Made by a program: the position numbers and the translations under genes. From Eledone cirrhosa (Eukaryota), in NCBI GenBank assembly GCA_964016885.1, contig OZ024753.1, forward strand, positions 6,758,001 to 6,822,000: a DNA stretch of 64,000 nucleotides, read 5' to 3'. Shown piece after piece: positions 30,505 through 45,717 of this stretch. Numbering within the stretch: position 1 is the stretch's first letter; each line of letters begins with the position of its first letter. Under the pieces are notes generated by a model, which made no database searches, was not told where the DNA came from, and worked only from the letters and a program-made list of their open reading frames with translations.

Positions 30505-31326
30505 GGGCGGTGAATTGGCAGTACGGTATAGGGTTGGACGCCATGTTTTCTATCATAGTTACGTCCCTTTATGATTTGAGTTCAAATCCCGCCGAGGTTG
30601 ACTTTGCCTTTCATCCTTACGGGGTCGATAAAATAAAGTACCAGTAATGTACTGGTTAATTACTGGACTAAGTAGAAATTTCTGGACTAAGTAGAAACAA
30701 TTATTAGATATTAGGTTTTTTTCTTTTCCGTCAGACATCATGTTTTTCAGCATAGAGTTATCGCCCTTTACGTTCAGAATTCACAGACATAATTATACAT
30801 ATATTTAGAAAGACATACACAGAGACCAACACTCACACAGACACGTGTAAACATTCACATAAAATGTTTACTTAACAAAGTATATATATATATATGCTTG
30901 TGGAAGATCTACGAAGCATGATGACTGCTTACATTATATCAATAAAGGGCGGTGGATTGGCAGTATCGGTAGAGCCTCAGACATCATGCTTTGTAGCATA
31001 AAGTTATGGCCCTTTACATTGTGAGTTCAAATCCGGCCAAGGTTAGCTTTGCCTTTCATCCTTACGGGGTCGATAAAATAAAGTACCAGTAATACACCGG
31101 GGTAATTGCTGGCCTTGCGCCAAAAATAGAAACAATTATTACTGCGGTTGATTGGCAGTATCCGTACAGCGTGAGAAACCATGCTTTGCAGCATAAAGTT
31201 ATCGCCCTTTACGTTCAGAGATCAAATCCCGCCGAGGTTAGTTTTGCCGTTCATCCTTACGGGGTGATAAAATAAAGCACCAGTAATGTACTGGTAAATG
31301 CTGGCCTTGTGCCAAAGGTAGAAACA
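30505..31326 (+). mobile_element. Three SINE copies (~30505-30702, 30947-31138, 31143-31326)
   Basis: Match the family consensus. Confidence 0.85.
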
Positions 31327-31997
31327 CTACTTGATGATGGTTTGGCTATTATTTCTAGCATGTCTTATCCATAAACACAGAATACGTATGTTTTATCAGC
31401 TAACATCCTTCATATACAATGTGTAGAAGGAGAATAAATTAAATATACATTTGTTTAATATTTATAGAAATGGTTGTAGGGGAATCATCGGTTGCGACGT
31501 CAGTAATCCACGCGGGTCGATACAAACACAAAACCCTCACTAACATGCTTAATTATGCGGGTCTCCAAACATTAATACGTCTTGAAAAAGGAATACATTA
31601 GCGTTCAGATTAATCATCGCTAGAGGTAGGGTCAGCAAAGCCGAAATAGAAATTATGGAAATTATGGAGTTACACTGAACCCGTGTAAGACGGTTGATTA
31701 CTCTGGACAAGAATCAGTCTATTTAGATTTCCCGATAAAAACATATCCTCATATATACATATAAATATGATGGCAGCAACCCGATTTCGAGTAATGTCAT
31801 CGCTGGATACTTAAGCATGAGGATAAAAGACGTCGCTGTTCAGTCCTGCTAGGAACTTGTCTATGGCCACTGTTTTCGTTTTTTACACGCACAAATGCCC
31901 ATTAGTACCGTCCTGTATTGTCCTGCACTGTCCTTAATGTCTACTCAATGTAAACCCTTGTGGTTAATAAAGAAATCACTATTACCATCCATCGAAA

Positions 31998-32430
31998 ATA
32001 ATTGTTTCTACTTTTGGCACAAAGCCAGCAATTAACCAGTGCATTACTGGTACTTTATTTTATCGACCCCCGTAAGGATGAAAGGCAAAGTCAACCTCGG
32101 CGGGATTTGAACTCAGATCGTAAAGGGACGTAACTATGCTGGAAAGCATGGCGTCCGACCCTCTACAGATACTGCCAATACCATCCTCGAAAATAATTGA
32201 TTCTACTTTAGGCACAAGGCCAGCAATTATCCCAGTGCATTACTGGTACTTTATTTTATCGACCCCGTAGGATGAAAGGCAAAGTCAACCTCGGCGGGAT
32301 TTGAACTCAGATCGTAAAGGGACGTAACTATGCTGGAAAGCATGGCGTCCGACCCTCTACAGATACTGCCAATACCATCCTCGAAAATAATTGTTTCTAC
32401 TTTAGGCACAAGGCCAGCAATTATCCCAGT
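31998..32430 (-). mobile_element. Tandemly duplicated SINE (~2.3 copies, ~193-bp period)
   Basis: The flank ACCATCCTCGAAAATAATTG is repeated with each unit. Confidence 0.85.
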
Positions 32431-33049
32431 GGAAACATTGTTTCCTCGGTCCGATTTGACGAGCCCCACCCACTCGGTAAGCGAATGAGTTCGGGATTCT
32501 TGTCAATCGACTATCGATACCAAGAATATTGCATTTTGCGTGATATAAGCTAACATATAATAGCAACATTTGCTACTATTGTCACAAATATAAATTTACA
32601 ATTAAATCTCTAAGGATGGCTGCACATGTAAAAAGAAATAGTCAGTCATTTACTAACTGCCAAGGTTAGCTTTACCTTTCATCCTTACGGAGTCGATAAA
32701 ATAAAGTACCAGTAATGCACTGATATAATTGCTGGCCTTGTGCGAAAAGCAGAAACAATTATTATGTTGGGGAGTTCGATTCTACGTTAGAGAATCTGTC
32801 CATATTTTTACCTTCCCCATGTGTAATCTACCTGGTTTTCTGAGATATTATTTCATAATACATGAGTCATTTTTCCGTCTGAGCATAATGAGCTCCGGTA
32901 CACATAAAGAACCAAAATATTTGTTCGGTAAATGTTTAATGGATCTTCAATACCAAAGTATATTTTCTTAAAATAAGGCGCTTACCATTTTGTTAGATGC
33001 TTATTCATTGTTTTCCACGTGAAGGAAATAATTTTACACAAACGTTTAA

Positions 33050-33443
33050 CCCTTTAACATTACTCTATATATACTAATATATTTACATGATAAAACCCTT
33101 ATCTCACATAATATAAAATCTATGAGATTTTGATATTATTCAGTGGATTATCAGTATCGGTAAATAGTCGGACGCCAGGCTTTCTAGCATAGAGTTACTT
33201 CCTTTTATAGTCTGACTACAAATCCCGCCGAGGTTAACTTTGCCTTTCATCCTTACGGGGCCGATAAAAATAAAGTACCAATAATGCACTGGAATAATTG
33301 CTGGCTTTCTGCCAACAGTAGAAACAATTATCTATTTTGAGAACAATGCCGCAACATAAGTATGAGTAGCAGGCTATGGCTGGTTTGAAGACAAGGAGGT
33401 GAGGGAATTCTGACCGGATATGGCCAGTTTAAATGCTAAAGGG
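33050..33443. mobile_element. piggyBac-like MITE with a nested SINE (~33142-33331)
   Basis: TTAA|CCCTTTAACATT...AATGCTAAAGGG|TTAA. Confidence 0.75.
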
Positions 33444-33985
33444 TTAAGTGTATTTCCGGTAGGTCAGTGTCAAAACACATCCAGCTACTTCTTTCTAAAT
33501 TCACATTGTAATGATACGGTACTCCACTTAAATCTCTTATACTATATGAACGATATTCTAAAGTCACACGACTTTGTACAACATTATTATAGATTTGGCT
33601 CCTGGTGGTTGCAAAAGCAATTTATCACAGACCATTTCTATTGTGATCTTTTCCATAGTATGAGTAAGGATTTAATTTGAATGTCTTTACCAGAAAGACG
33701 TTCCTTTCTTGGAGAAAATATCCTTTACGACTTTTAATAGTCATCATTGTTAATTGTATTTGCTCTAAATATCCCCATTTATCTATTTAAATTCTCGTTC
33801 GTCAACCATTGACCGCACTCTCTGCCTCCTCTTTCGCACACTTTTTCTCTCCATCACTACTCTCTGTATATAGATATATATGTATATACACACACAAATA
33901 TATAGATATATGCATATATACACCTGCAAGCACACACCAACACATACACATATATGTGTGTGCATGCGCGCTCGTGCGTGTGTAT

Positions 33986-34025
<40 letters not shown>

Positions 34026-34087
34026 CGCACACACACACATATATATATATATACACACACACACATAGACTGAGAGATAAAGAGAGA

Positions 34088-34195
34088 GAAGGCACGTGGC
34101 TGAGTGGTTAGAGAATTGGATTTGCAATCGTGAGGTTGTGATTTTGAATTCCCAGACCGGACGATGCGTTAAGCCCTTAGCAATTGGAAAGACCA
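34088..34195 (+). mobile_element. CORE-type tRNA-derived SINE, internally deleted
   Basis: tRNA-like head GTGGCTGAGTGGTTAGAG; homologous to the minus-strand copy at ~46900-47130. Confidence 0.7.
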
Positions 34196-34196
34196 A

Positions 34197-34276
<80 letters not shown>

Positions 34277-34624
34277 AAAATAAATGTGAAGACTAAAATC
34301 CGATGAGGATTCGATAAGGATTATGTATATATATAAAATGATGTATATATATATATATATAAAAACCCGCAGAGCAAATATTTATTATAAGAATAGATTA
34401 AAGATTAAGCAACGAATCTTATATATATAACAAAGAAAGTGTGGTAAAATACCAGGTGGACCATAACGCACCAGAAGCAAAGTTGTCCTCCGCGGGATCT
34501 GAACCAAAGAGAAGAGAGACGGAACGTATAACACAAATCATTCTAACCAACATTCTAACGAATTTGTTAATTCGCCGCCTATAATTCTATATTAAATTGT
34601 TTTATATTAATACATTTCGACACA

Positions 34625-35030
34625 TGGAATATCCAGTTGTGTTATATGGTCTTGGCAGTGTTAATTGGACGACAAAGTCACTGCCGAAGACATTCCAGAA
34701 ACACATCATGAGACTTATGACTGGCAAGCGGCTCAGCGACCGTATCTGTATCAGTGAGCTGCTCAACATTACCAGACTTAGACCAATTACATCAATTGTC
34801 AAGTCAAGAGTACTCAAACTATACGATCACATGGTGATCTGAGTAGGTTATGCTCGGAAGGAAAGTTGGCTGGTAAGAGAAGCAGAAGTCGGCAGCCAAA
34901 ACGATGGCTTGATAATGTCAACCTATAGACTGGACTTGATCATTGCTCTTTAAATTCTGCTGTTGGTGATCTAACTTTGTGGAGAAAAATATCTCATGTT
35001 GATGCGCAGTCTGAAACTGGCGGGGTTTAG
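34625..35030 (+). mobile_element. Decayed RTE-clade LINE 3' fragment
   Basis: PVVLYG...W...FQKHIMRLMTGKRLSDRI...SIVKSRVLKLYDHMV, then RQPKRWLDNV in another frame. Confidence 0.7.
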
Positions 35031-36006
35031 CGTCAAAGAAGGAAGAAGAATAGGTAATAGTTCATATTATGATGTATTATAACTGAGAACAGGGGTTAGC
35101 TAACTAATACTAAAACGCGTCACTTTTGCCGCTCAGCCAATTCCACCCCCAGAAGAATGAAAGGCCTGAATTTCATCCCAGTGATTTCAAATTCGAACGC
35201 AATAAGACAAAATATATAATTGCTTCTACTTTTGGCACAAGTGCATTACTGGTACGCTTCATAAACTCCGTAGGAGACAACATATATACTACTAAGGATT
35301 TCCAGCGAATATAAACATCATTTAAACCCCCCAATAAGACAATATTTTAAAATCTATTAATAAATGGGCTTGGTAATGTAAACATATTACTCATGTAGAA
35401 TACCGAATATGTGTGCAGTCAATATGTAATCTGCAAGCACCACATAGCATTAGTTATACAGTGTTATTTTAGCTTCTACTCCAATCAAAGCAATTAGCGT
35501 TGTTATTATAAGAAGGCCACATTTGATATGGTTTGTTTTAAAGATTTAAGGCCGTTGTTGTGTCTAATAAAGAATAAATGTAGCATTATATAATCATATT
35601 GAACATATAATCTTATTTCGTGCATAAATCTGCAACTGACGTGAGTTGCAACATTCCACATCTTTTTGACCGCTCTATACATCTTATTAATTATCGTGTT
35701 TGTAAAGGAAAAGTTAAAGAAAAGCTCAATTATGTCTACGAAATCTTCATCAATAACAAAAGAACATGAAAATAATATTAATTAAGATGTGAAACAAGAA
35801 GCAGTGTATTGAGTTGGAGAGATCACATTGAAATGATTTTCGTGTCATGCATAACTATAGTTCCACACATCAACTTCTATGTATAGAAATTATATAGAAA
35901 CACGTATATATATATATATAAACACGTATATATATATATATATAAACGCGTATATATATATATATATATATATATATACTTATACATATGTATGTATATA
36001 CGTATA

Positions 36007-36045
<39 letters not shown>

Positions 36046-36083
36046 CTCTCTTTCTGTCTTTCTCCTTATCTCTCTCTTTTTAA

Positions 36084-36135
<52 letters not shown>

Positions 36136-36154
36136 TTGTGTGTATATGCATGTG

Positions 36155-36189
<35 letters not shown>

Positions 36190-36326
36190 ATATATATTAT
36201 ATATATGTACATGCACATTATATATATATAATTACATGTATGTATATATATATATGTGTGTGTGTGGATATATGTTTGTGTGTGTGTGTGTGTGTGTGCG
36301 TGCCTGGATATGTGTGGATGCATGTT

Positions 36327-36401
<75 letters not shown>

Positions 36402-36402
36402 T

Positions 36403-36450
<48 letters not shown>

Positions 36451-36994
36451 AGTCGATGCACGAAAGTGTATATATCATTGTTTCGTTGAAAACGACAACA
36501 TTCTTGTGAGGGTTTCTTTTAGCAGACATATAAAAACGGATGTTATCCAAATATAACAATTGTCTTAGCTTGTTCTCTAACAAAACAACATGACAGGAAT
36601 ATATACAATGACATTATTGTTTCAAATTCGTCAGCCATTCTTTAGATATCTGTATGAGATTACTAGCAGACAGCGTGTCTCTTCAAAAAAAGTTTAGTTG
36701 GAAATAGCTTCACGAAAAGACACGATGGGATTAGCATTCAATTTCATGTGTTAAATAAATAAATGGTGTTATCAAAACTTAAAAGATACCAGCATAAGAA
36801 TACTGTTGGATATTCGAATGGAAAAACTCAACTTATATATGTTAATATATGTGCTTACTTATTAAGCTACATATACATATATATTTGTTTCTACTTTAGG
36901 CACAAGGCCAGCAATAACCCAGTTCATTACTGGTACTTTATTTTATCGACCCCGTAAGGATGAAAGGCAAAGTCAACCTCGGCGGGATATATAT

Positions 36995-38315
36995 ATTGTT
37001 ACTTATGAAGCTACATATAAATATATGTTCTTACTTATGAAGTTACTTATATATGTTAATATATGTGCTTACTTATGGAGCTACTTATATATGTTAATAT
37101 ATGTGCTTACTTATGAAGTTACTTATATATGTTAATATATGTGCTTACTTATGAAGCTACATATAAATATACGTGCTAACTTATGGAGCTACTTATATAT
37201 GTTAATATATGTGCTTACTTATGAAGTTACTTATATATGTTAATATATGTGCTTACTTATAAAGCTACATATAAATATACGTGCTAACTTATGGAGCTAC
37301 TTATAAATGTTTATATACGTGCTTACTTATGAAGCTACTTATAAATGTTTATATATGTTCTTACTTATGAAGCTACTTATAAATGTTTATATATGTTCTT
37401 ACTTATGAAGCTACTTATAAATGTTTATATATGTCCTTACTTATGAAGCTACTTATAAATGTTTATATATGTTCTTACTTATGAAGCTACTTATAAATGT
37501 TTATATATGTTCTTACTTATGAAGCTACTTATAAATGTTTATATATGTTCTTACTTATGAAGCTACTTATAAATGTTTATATATGTTCTTACTTATGAAG
37601 CTACTTATAAATGTTTATATATGTTCTTACTTATGAAGCTACTTATAAATGTTTATATATGTCCTTACTTATGAAGCTACTTATAAATGTTTATATATGT
37701 TCTTACTTATGAAGCTACTTATAAATGTTTATATATGTTCTTACTTATGAAGCTACTTATAAATGTTTATATATGTTCTTACTTATGAAGCTACTTATAA
37801 ATGTTTATATATGTCCTTACTTATGAAGCTACTTATAAATGTTTATATATGTTCTTACTTTTGAAGCTACTTATAAATGTTTATATATGTTCTTACTTAT
37901 GAAGCTACTTATAAATGTTTATATATGTTCTTACTTATGAAGCTACTTATAAATGTTTATATATGTTCTTACTTATGAAGCTACTTATAAATGTTTATAT
38001 ATGTTCTTACTTATGAAGCTACTTATAAATGTTTATATATGTTCTTACTTATGAAGCTACTTATAAATGTTTATATATGTTCTTACTTATGAAGCTACTT
38101 ATAAATGTTTATATATGTTCTTACTTATGAAGCTACTTATATATGTTAATATATGTTCTTACTTATGAAGCTACTTATATATGTTAATATATGTGCTTAC
38201 TTATGAAGCTACTTATAAATGTTTATATACGTGCTTACTTATGAAGCTACTTATAAATGTTTATATACGTGCTTACTTATGAAGCTACTTATATATGTTA
38301 ATATATGTGCTTACT
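36995..38315. repeat. 38-bp minisatellite (~35 units)
   Basis: Unit TACTTATGAAGCTACTTATAAATGTTTATATATGTTCT; SINE fragment at 36885-36988 on its left edge. Confidence 0.95.
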
Positions 38316-38319
38316 GATA

Positions 38320-38912
38320 TATACACAATGTAAACTATTGAGTCTATACAGAAACAGACTCATTAACTGCTTAATGAACACAACCACAAGGATATGGTCC
38401 GAACGTAGAAGAGTCGAACTCCCACTGTCATCGCCTCCATCTCTCTCGCCCTCCCCATCTCTCCGTATGGTGAGCAAATGGGGGGGGGCCCATGTGCTGG
38501 CCTCCCTACAGCTCCAGCGGACAGAATGGAGAAAGCGTTTCCCCGGAGGATATGAAGCTTCATCATAAAGGTTTATATATGTGCTTACTTATGAAGCTAC
38601 TACAACGGATCGTTCTTCGACAGCTTTGCGGTGGTACCCTGGGGCAGTGGAGACTTCTGCTGTCCTTGGCCTTAGGGCTACCGCCCGACTCACGACCATA
38701 GGCGCTGAGTTGGCCAGCCGCAGGTGTGAGCCTCGCGAGTTGGAATGGCATCTCCCTTCCACGGCATCTCCCTTACCACCCTCCGGAGAAACGCCTTCTC
38801 CATTCTGTCCGCCGGGCCTGTGGGGAGGCCAGCACGTGGGAAGACCCCATTTGCTCACCATACGGATGATGGGGTGGGCCAGAGAGATGGAGGAGATGAC
38901 TGGGAGTTCGGC
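38320..38912. repeat. GC-rich dispersed repeat, two copies in inverted orientation
   Basis: ~38405-38550 (+) versus ~38690-38912 (-); other copies at ~15950-16110 and 46476-46625. Confidence 0.75.
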
Positions 38913-39169
38913 TGTTCTTTCATGTTTGCTTAGGTTACAATTGCATTTGTGATAGAAGTGTGACCTGTTGCCTGTGAGCGCAACAAACATTAGAGAAAGC
39001 TGCTGCTGACATTTTGGTGAAGCTAATGAATGTTTTGTAAGTGGGGGTTTCCAGCGGCAATGATAGGGATCACAAGGTATCAATTGAAATATACCAGAAA
39101 ATATAAACATGCTTACGATAAAATATATACACCAAACATACTTGAACACATAGAGGAAGACATCCCCAG

Positions 39170-39390
39170 GGAGAAGTGGGAGGAGAAGAAGAAGAAGAAG
39201 AAGGGAAGGAAAAAGAGGACGAAGGGAGGAAGAACGGGAAGGAGGGGAAGCAGAAGAAGGGGAAGGAGTGGGGAAGGAGAAGGGGAAGCAGAAGGAGAAG
39301 GGGAAGAAGGTGAAGAAGAAGAAAACAAAGAAAAAGAGGAGGAGGTAGGGGAAGTAGAGGGAGGAGACGGAAACAAAAGAGGGGATGGGA
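39170..39390. repeat. Purine-rich (GAA/GGA) low-complexity tract
   Basis: Direct inspection. Confidence 0.85.
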
Positions 39391-39674
39391 TAACATGTTC
39401 GATATTCTCCTTTGTGGGTTGTATTGATTTTTATCATTGTTTCTGTCTTTTTAAATATTCACTGGACCTTTCCGTTCAAAGATCAATAGCAGCGTAATTA
39501 TAGAACCGTATCGGTTATGTTTTAATTAACATTGCAATAGATGCTTCCATAGATTAATATTGCAATAAATGCATCCATAGATTTATTGTGCGAAATAGCA
39601 GGAGCAGCTACAAAGAACGCCAACGAGGACAAAGCAAATATACACACAAAAGAAACAGCAACAACAGCAAAAAC

Positions 39675-40085
39675 AATGGTTTCTGATTTAGGTTCAAGGC
39701 CAGCAATTTTGGCGGAATGGAAAGTCGATTAAATCGACACCAGTGCATTACTGGTGCTTTGTTTTATCGATCCCGTATCGATTCCCGTTGAGAGCAAGCA
39801 ATCTCCTAATTATTGCAATATCTTGTATAATTGTTTCTACGTTTCGCACAAGGCCAGCAATTACTCCAGTGTATTACTGGTGCTTTATTTAATCGACCCC
39901 CTAAGGATGAAAGGTAAAGCTGACCTCGATGGGATTTGAAATCAGACCGTAAAGGGCAGTAATTCTATGCTACAAAGCATCGCATCCGACCCTGTAATGA
40001 TACTGCTATTATGGGGTCGATAAAATAAAGCACCAGTAATGCACTGGAGTAATTTCTGGCCTTGAACCAAAAGTAGAAACAGTTA
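39675..40085. mobile_element. SINE fragments (two minus-strand, one plus-strand tail)
   Basis: Match the family consensus. Confidence 0.8.
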
Positions 40086-40095
40086 TATAATGTTT

Positions 40096-40655
40096 TGTGT
40101 GACTGCGGCATCGAACTACAGACTACGCAGCACCTCCTGATATGTCCCCTGCTGGAACACCCCTGTACAGTATTGGACTTGGCAGAGTTTACTGAGAACG
40201 GACAGCAATGTGTTCAGTTCTGGCTGAACCAAATCTAGCCAGGCTTTGTAACTGACACTGTTATGGACATGACAAGAAGAAGATCTGTACATTAGATAAT
40301 GTAGTCCTATATACACTATGCCTGATAGCTACTAATACTACCTGCTGTACTGTTCATTAGATAATGTAGTCCTAAATACACTATGTCTGATAGCTACTAA
40401 TACTACCTACTATACAGTACTGCAAATGGCACTCTTGCAAAATGGAAATATCTAAAGGAAGGGGACGTTATTTATGACTGCGGCATCGAACCACAGACTA
40501 TGCAGCACCTCCTGATATGTACCCTGCTGGAACACCTTTACACTGCATTGAACTTGGCAGAGTTTAACGAGAAAGGACAGCACTGTGTTCAGCTGTGGCG
40601 GAATCACATCTAACCAAGCTTTGTAACTGACAATATTGTGGACAGAACATGAGGA
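40096..40655. repeat. Second array of the 314-bp repeat family
   Basis: Homologous to 155-965, including the upstream SINE-tail junction. Confidence 0.85.
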
Positions 40656-41478
40656 AGAACAGTAGAGATACCAGAAAATACATATAATACACTTAAATCT
40701 TTTGTCCCAAAAATGTCAATATATACTGAAAAGATATATTGCTTTTAATAATTTTTTTTCGGTGTCGCCTCATCTGAAATTCAGCGATGCAATTAAAGAA
40801 AAAGTATGCAGCAGAAATACATGTAATAAAATTGAACTCATCAATCAAACCGAGCTGATTTAGCATATTATAACGCCTCCTAGGCTCATTCATTTCATGG
40901 ACAAATTCCAGGGGAGTAGATAGTAAGGGAGTTGTGAGAGCAAAATGTGGAAAGCAAACGAAAAACGTTAGAAATATACAACAGGTTGACTATGGAAATA
41001 CGGTTCTGTGCAACGGTGTAGAAAATATTTGATATGCGCTAAGCAGGACATTACGTCTAATAGAGAACATATGTAATGGGTTCTGTTACAAAAAACACAC
41101 AAGCACACACACAGATATATGTACATATTACAGACAGACAGACACACACACATAGATATATGTACATATTACATACACACACACAGACAGATATATGTAC
41201 ATATATATATAAATATTTATATATAGAGAGAGAGATAGATATATATATGTATATTGTACATATATATATATATATATGCATACATATATATATACATATA
41301 TGCATACATATATATATATACATATATGCATACATATATATATATACATATGCATACATATATATATACATATATGCATACATATATATATATACATATG
41401 CATACATATATATATATACATATGCATACATATATATATACATATATGCATACATATATATATATATATATGCATACA

Positions 41479-41515
<37 letters not shown>

Positions 41516-41645
41516 TTATATATATATGCATACATATATGTACATATATATATATATATATTTATACATATATATATATATATATTTATATATATATGCA
41601 TACATATATGTACATATATATATATATATATTTATACATATACGT

Positions 41646-41677
<32 letters not shown>

Positions 41678-41719
41678 GCATACATATACGTACATTATAT
41701 ATATATATGCATACATATA

Positions 41720-41763
<44 letters not shown>

Positions 41764-41892
41764 CGTACACACACACATATATATATATGCATACATATAC
41801 GTACATTATATATATATATATGCATACATATATGTACATTATATATATATATGCATACATATATGTACATTATATATATATATATATATATA

Positions 41893-42276
41893 TAGAATAG
41901 AAAACGAAAAATCAGTGATGCATCTGAACTCAATTTATTGTGTTACAATTGTTTCCCCGGCGGACAGCTCGAGACGCGATCATTGTGTGGATCTGTCTGA
42001 TTCTGGACCCGCAGGTTCGACGGACACGTCTAATGATTTCGGAGCATATTCTCTCACAGAGAATATGCTCCTAACTCATTAGGCGGGTCCAGAATCAAAC
42101 AGATCCATACAATAATCGCGTCTCGAGCTGTCCGCCGGGGAAACAATTGTAACACAATAAATTGAGTTCAGATGCATCACTGATTTTTCGTTTTCTATTC
42201 TATCATACTATGCTCTGTAAGAGCATAGAGTGCTCAACCGGCATACCGCCTATGGAAGTATGATAGCCACCAACAG

Positions 42277-42277
<1 letters not shown>
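41893..42277. mobile_element. Palindromic insert, family H
   Basis: 120-bp arms at 41893-42012 and 42083-42202; inner hairpin GGAGCATATTCTC/GAGAATATGCTCC; tail with GAGTGCT at 42228. Confidence 0.75.
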
Positions 42278-42360
<83 letters not shown>

Positions 42361-42362
<2 letters not shown>

Positions 42363-42795
42363 GATATTAATAAATGGAAACTATATTTATAAAACCATAT
42401 TTATTTCATTATACATATTTCAGGGATACCAAATTGATATATAGTATATCTACTCCAAATACTTGTCGAGTGCTTTATATCAGTTATAAAAATATTTACT
42501 TGTTGTATCCCAACAATTTTAAATATTGCATATAAATATCTATATATATATATATATATATATAGTAATAATAATAAATTTGAAGACTAAAATCCAAAGA
42601 GGGCTCGATAAGGATAAATATATGTCAAATATATAAGAACCGTAGAGCAAATATTTATTAAAATAACAGATTAAAGTTTAAGCAAAGAATCGCTGCTTTC
42701 ACCCTTAAAGGGATCTTCTGAAACTCAGAAGATCCCGTTAAGAGTGAAAGCAGCGATTCTTTGCTTAAACTTTAATCTGTTATTTTAATAAATAT
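42361..42795. mobile_element. Family B insert (42361-42530) and palindromic family C insert (42564-42795)
   Basis: Homology to 2881-3393 and 3901-4012; TA-flanked. Confidence 0.75.
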
Positions 42796-43197
42796 ATATA
42801 TATATATATATATAAACTTCTATATCATCATCACGTTTATAGTATATCTTCCACGCTACCATGGGTTAGACGGGAATTGTCCCACTCGAGGCAAGATTGG
42901 TCAGGTGACCGTGTATCGCTTATATAGGACTGTATCCCCTTCCTAACACAACCACATTCACAGATATATTTTACCCAGAGTGTATATTAGATCACCTAAC
43001 AGAAGAACCGCCTCACCAGCGGTTTTCAGTTATATATAGCAAGTATATTGATATAGGCAAATATATATGCATATAGATATGATACCTAAATTGAAAATAA
43101 AATTGACAATATGTACATAGACTGAACAAAGACTGTGGTGTTACACTTTCCTCTGTAATCAGTAAAGTAATCCATGATACATTTAAAAAAGAAGGCG

Positions 43198-43785
43198 ATA
43201 ATTGTTTCTACTTTAGGCACAAGGCCAGCAAATTACCCAGTGTATTACTGTTACTTTATTTTATCGACCCCGTAAGGATAAAAGGCAAAGTCAACCTCGG
43301 CGGGATTTGAACTCAGATCGTAAAGGGACGTAACTATGCTGGAAAGCATGGTGTCTGAAAGCGATAATGAAGATAGAAAGGCGATGAAACTGTTGATGGA
43401 AAGCTTCAAACACTGAATTTGAAAATAGATGCTGCTGGTGTGAATTAATGAATGAATTACATTTACCAATATGAAAGGTTGACCTTCACTATATTATTGT
43501 TTTACTGTATTCACATATAGGCTTCTTATTTTACTAACGGGATTGAAATATATAAAACGGTCAGTCTCACACTCTCTTTATTATAGTATAATCTATATAG
43601 GGTCATGGATTGGCAGTATCGGTAGAGGGTCGGACGCCATGCTTTGACGCGTAGAGTTACGGCCCTTGCCATTCTGAGTTCAAATCCGCCAAGGTTAACT
43701 TTGTCTTTCATCCTTACGGGGTCGATAAAATAAAGTACCAGTAATACATTGGGTATTTGCTGCCCTTGTGCCTAAAGTAGAAAAA
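43198..43785. mobile_element. Two SINEs (~43198-43358 minus, 43606-43785 plus)
   Basis: Match the family consensus. Confidence 0.85.
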
Positions 43786-43792
43786 ATGATAG

Positions 43793-43840
<48 letters not shown>

Positions 43841-43847
<7 letters not shown>

Positions 43848-44682
43848 TGTAGTTCCTGTCTGTTTGTTTGTTTGTTCACGAACTCCTCCTATGGGTTTGG
43901 AGACAGATCCCTATAACCACATATATTCTGAAACTCCTTGCCCGGGGTACTTGGTTAAGTATATTTCATTTTAATCAAAGGGTTCCACAGGGGCACAAAC
44001 CCCCACTGAAAATGTTTTCCCTTCAATTTATATGAAATTTAATCCACAGGTAAATGTAAAGATATTATGCCTGTTCACAAAATTTCAGCAAATTTCAATA
44101 ATATCAAGATACCCTAATGGGGGTTAAACCCCCTATTAGGGTTCCTTGGGGTCACAAACCCCCGTTGAAAATTTGTTCCCGTTGACTTATATGAAATTTA
44201 AACCGTAGGTAAATGACAAGATATGATGCCTATTCACAAAAGTTTTGAATTGATATTTTGAAAAAATTATTTACGAGAAACCATATAAGAATAAGATTTA
44301 ATAATATAATTTAGATTTGATATATTACAAATAATTGTTTCTACTTTAGGCACAAGGCCAGCAATTACCCAGTTCATTACTGGTACTTTATTTTATCGAC
44401 CCCGTAAGGATGAAAGGCAATGTCAACCTCGGCGGGATTTGGACTCAGATCGTAAAGGGACGTAACTATGCTGGAAAGCATGGCGTCCGACTCTCTACCG
44501 ATACTGCCAATCCACTACAAATAATGTTTTCCAATTGTTCATGCATTACATTTTACATTGAGTAATATTGAAATGCAGAGTTTTTCTCCATAAATTATAT
44601 CACTAATTTAAAATCAATCATCATTTTCTTACAGAAAAAAAAAATGCGTGAGACGCAGCAAGCGGCAGGTAATTAGGTTAGT
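43841..44682 (+). mobile_element. Possible non-autonomous Helitron-like element with a nested SINE (~44331-44514)
   Basis: Starts TATATAAAG..(TGTT)n; internal duplicated segment; GC-rich 3' end terminating TTAG|T. Confidence 0.45.
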
Positions 44683-44697
44683 ATATATATATAATAT

Positions 44698-44783
44698 AGA
44701 AATGGCTTCTACAGAACTAGAATTATTTTATTCGGAAGAAATCATCAGGAAACCGACTGTCCCCCGATTGAACCCGGGATAAA
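44698..44783 (-). mobile_element. Family G insert with hammerhead core
   Basis: Minus strand: CTGATGA-tttc-ttcc-gaat-AAAA (GAAA in the other copies), joined to an oppositely oriented tail end. Confidence 0.65.
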
Positions 44784-45108
44784 CATATATATATATATAT
44801 ATATGCATACATATATATATACACTTATTTAAATGTACACACACACATATATATACACATACACATATATATATATATATACACATATATATATATATAT
44901 ATACACATATATATATATATACACACATATATATATACACACATATATATATACACACATATATATATATACACACATATATATATATACACATATATAT
45001 ATATATACACATATATATATACACACATATATATATATACACATATATATATATACACATATACACACGCACGCATACATATATATACACACACACATAT
45101 GTATATAT

Positions 45109-45149
<41 letters not shown>

Positions 45150-45374
45150 TACATATACACACATATATTTATATAATCATATATATATATATATATATAT
45201 ACATACACACAAGCACTAAGTTGTCATAAATGTAATCAGTACATATTAGATCAATCGTAGATAAAGGTAAAAGATGGCTGCTATTGCCGAAGTTGGCGAT
45301 ATTTTATTTTTGGACAACTTTATATCAGATATAATCTAAACATGACAACAGGAAATAGAATACTATAGCATGGT

Positions 45375-45630
45375 TTAGATGATGACGATGATGATTGTGG
45401 TGATGATGGTGATGATGATGATGGTGATGGTTATGATGGTGATGATAATAATGATGGTGGTGATGATGATGATGGTGGTGGTGGTGGTGATGATGATGGT
45501 TATGATGGTGATGATAATGATGATGGTGGTGGTTATGATGATGATGGTGTGATGATGTTGATGGTGTGATGATCCTGATGATGGTGATAATAGTAATGAT
45601 GATGATGTTCATGATGATGGTGATGATGGT
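45375..45630. repeat. (GAT/GGT)n repeat
   Basis: Direct inspection. Confidence 0.9.
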
Positions 45631-45717
45631 GAGCAAGATATTGATAATGATAAAATATAATAAAATAGAAAATAAAAAAAATATATATATATATAAAATA
45701 TATATAAAAAACACACT

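Noticed and set aside
39030-39497. Lys/Glu/Gly-rich ORF
   Set aside because: Derived from a purine-rich low-complexity tract
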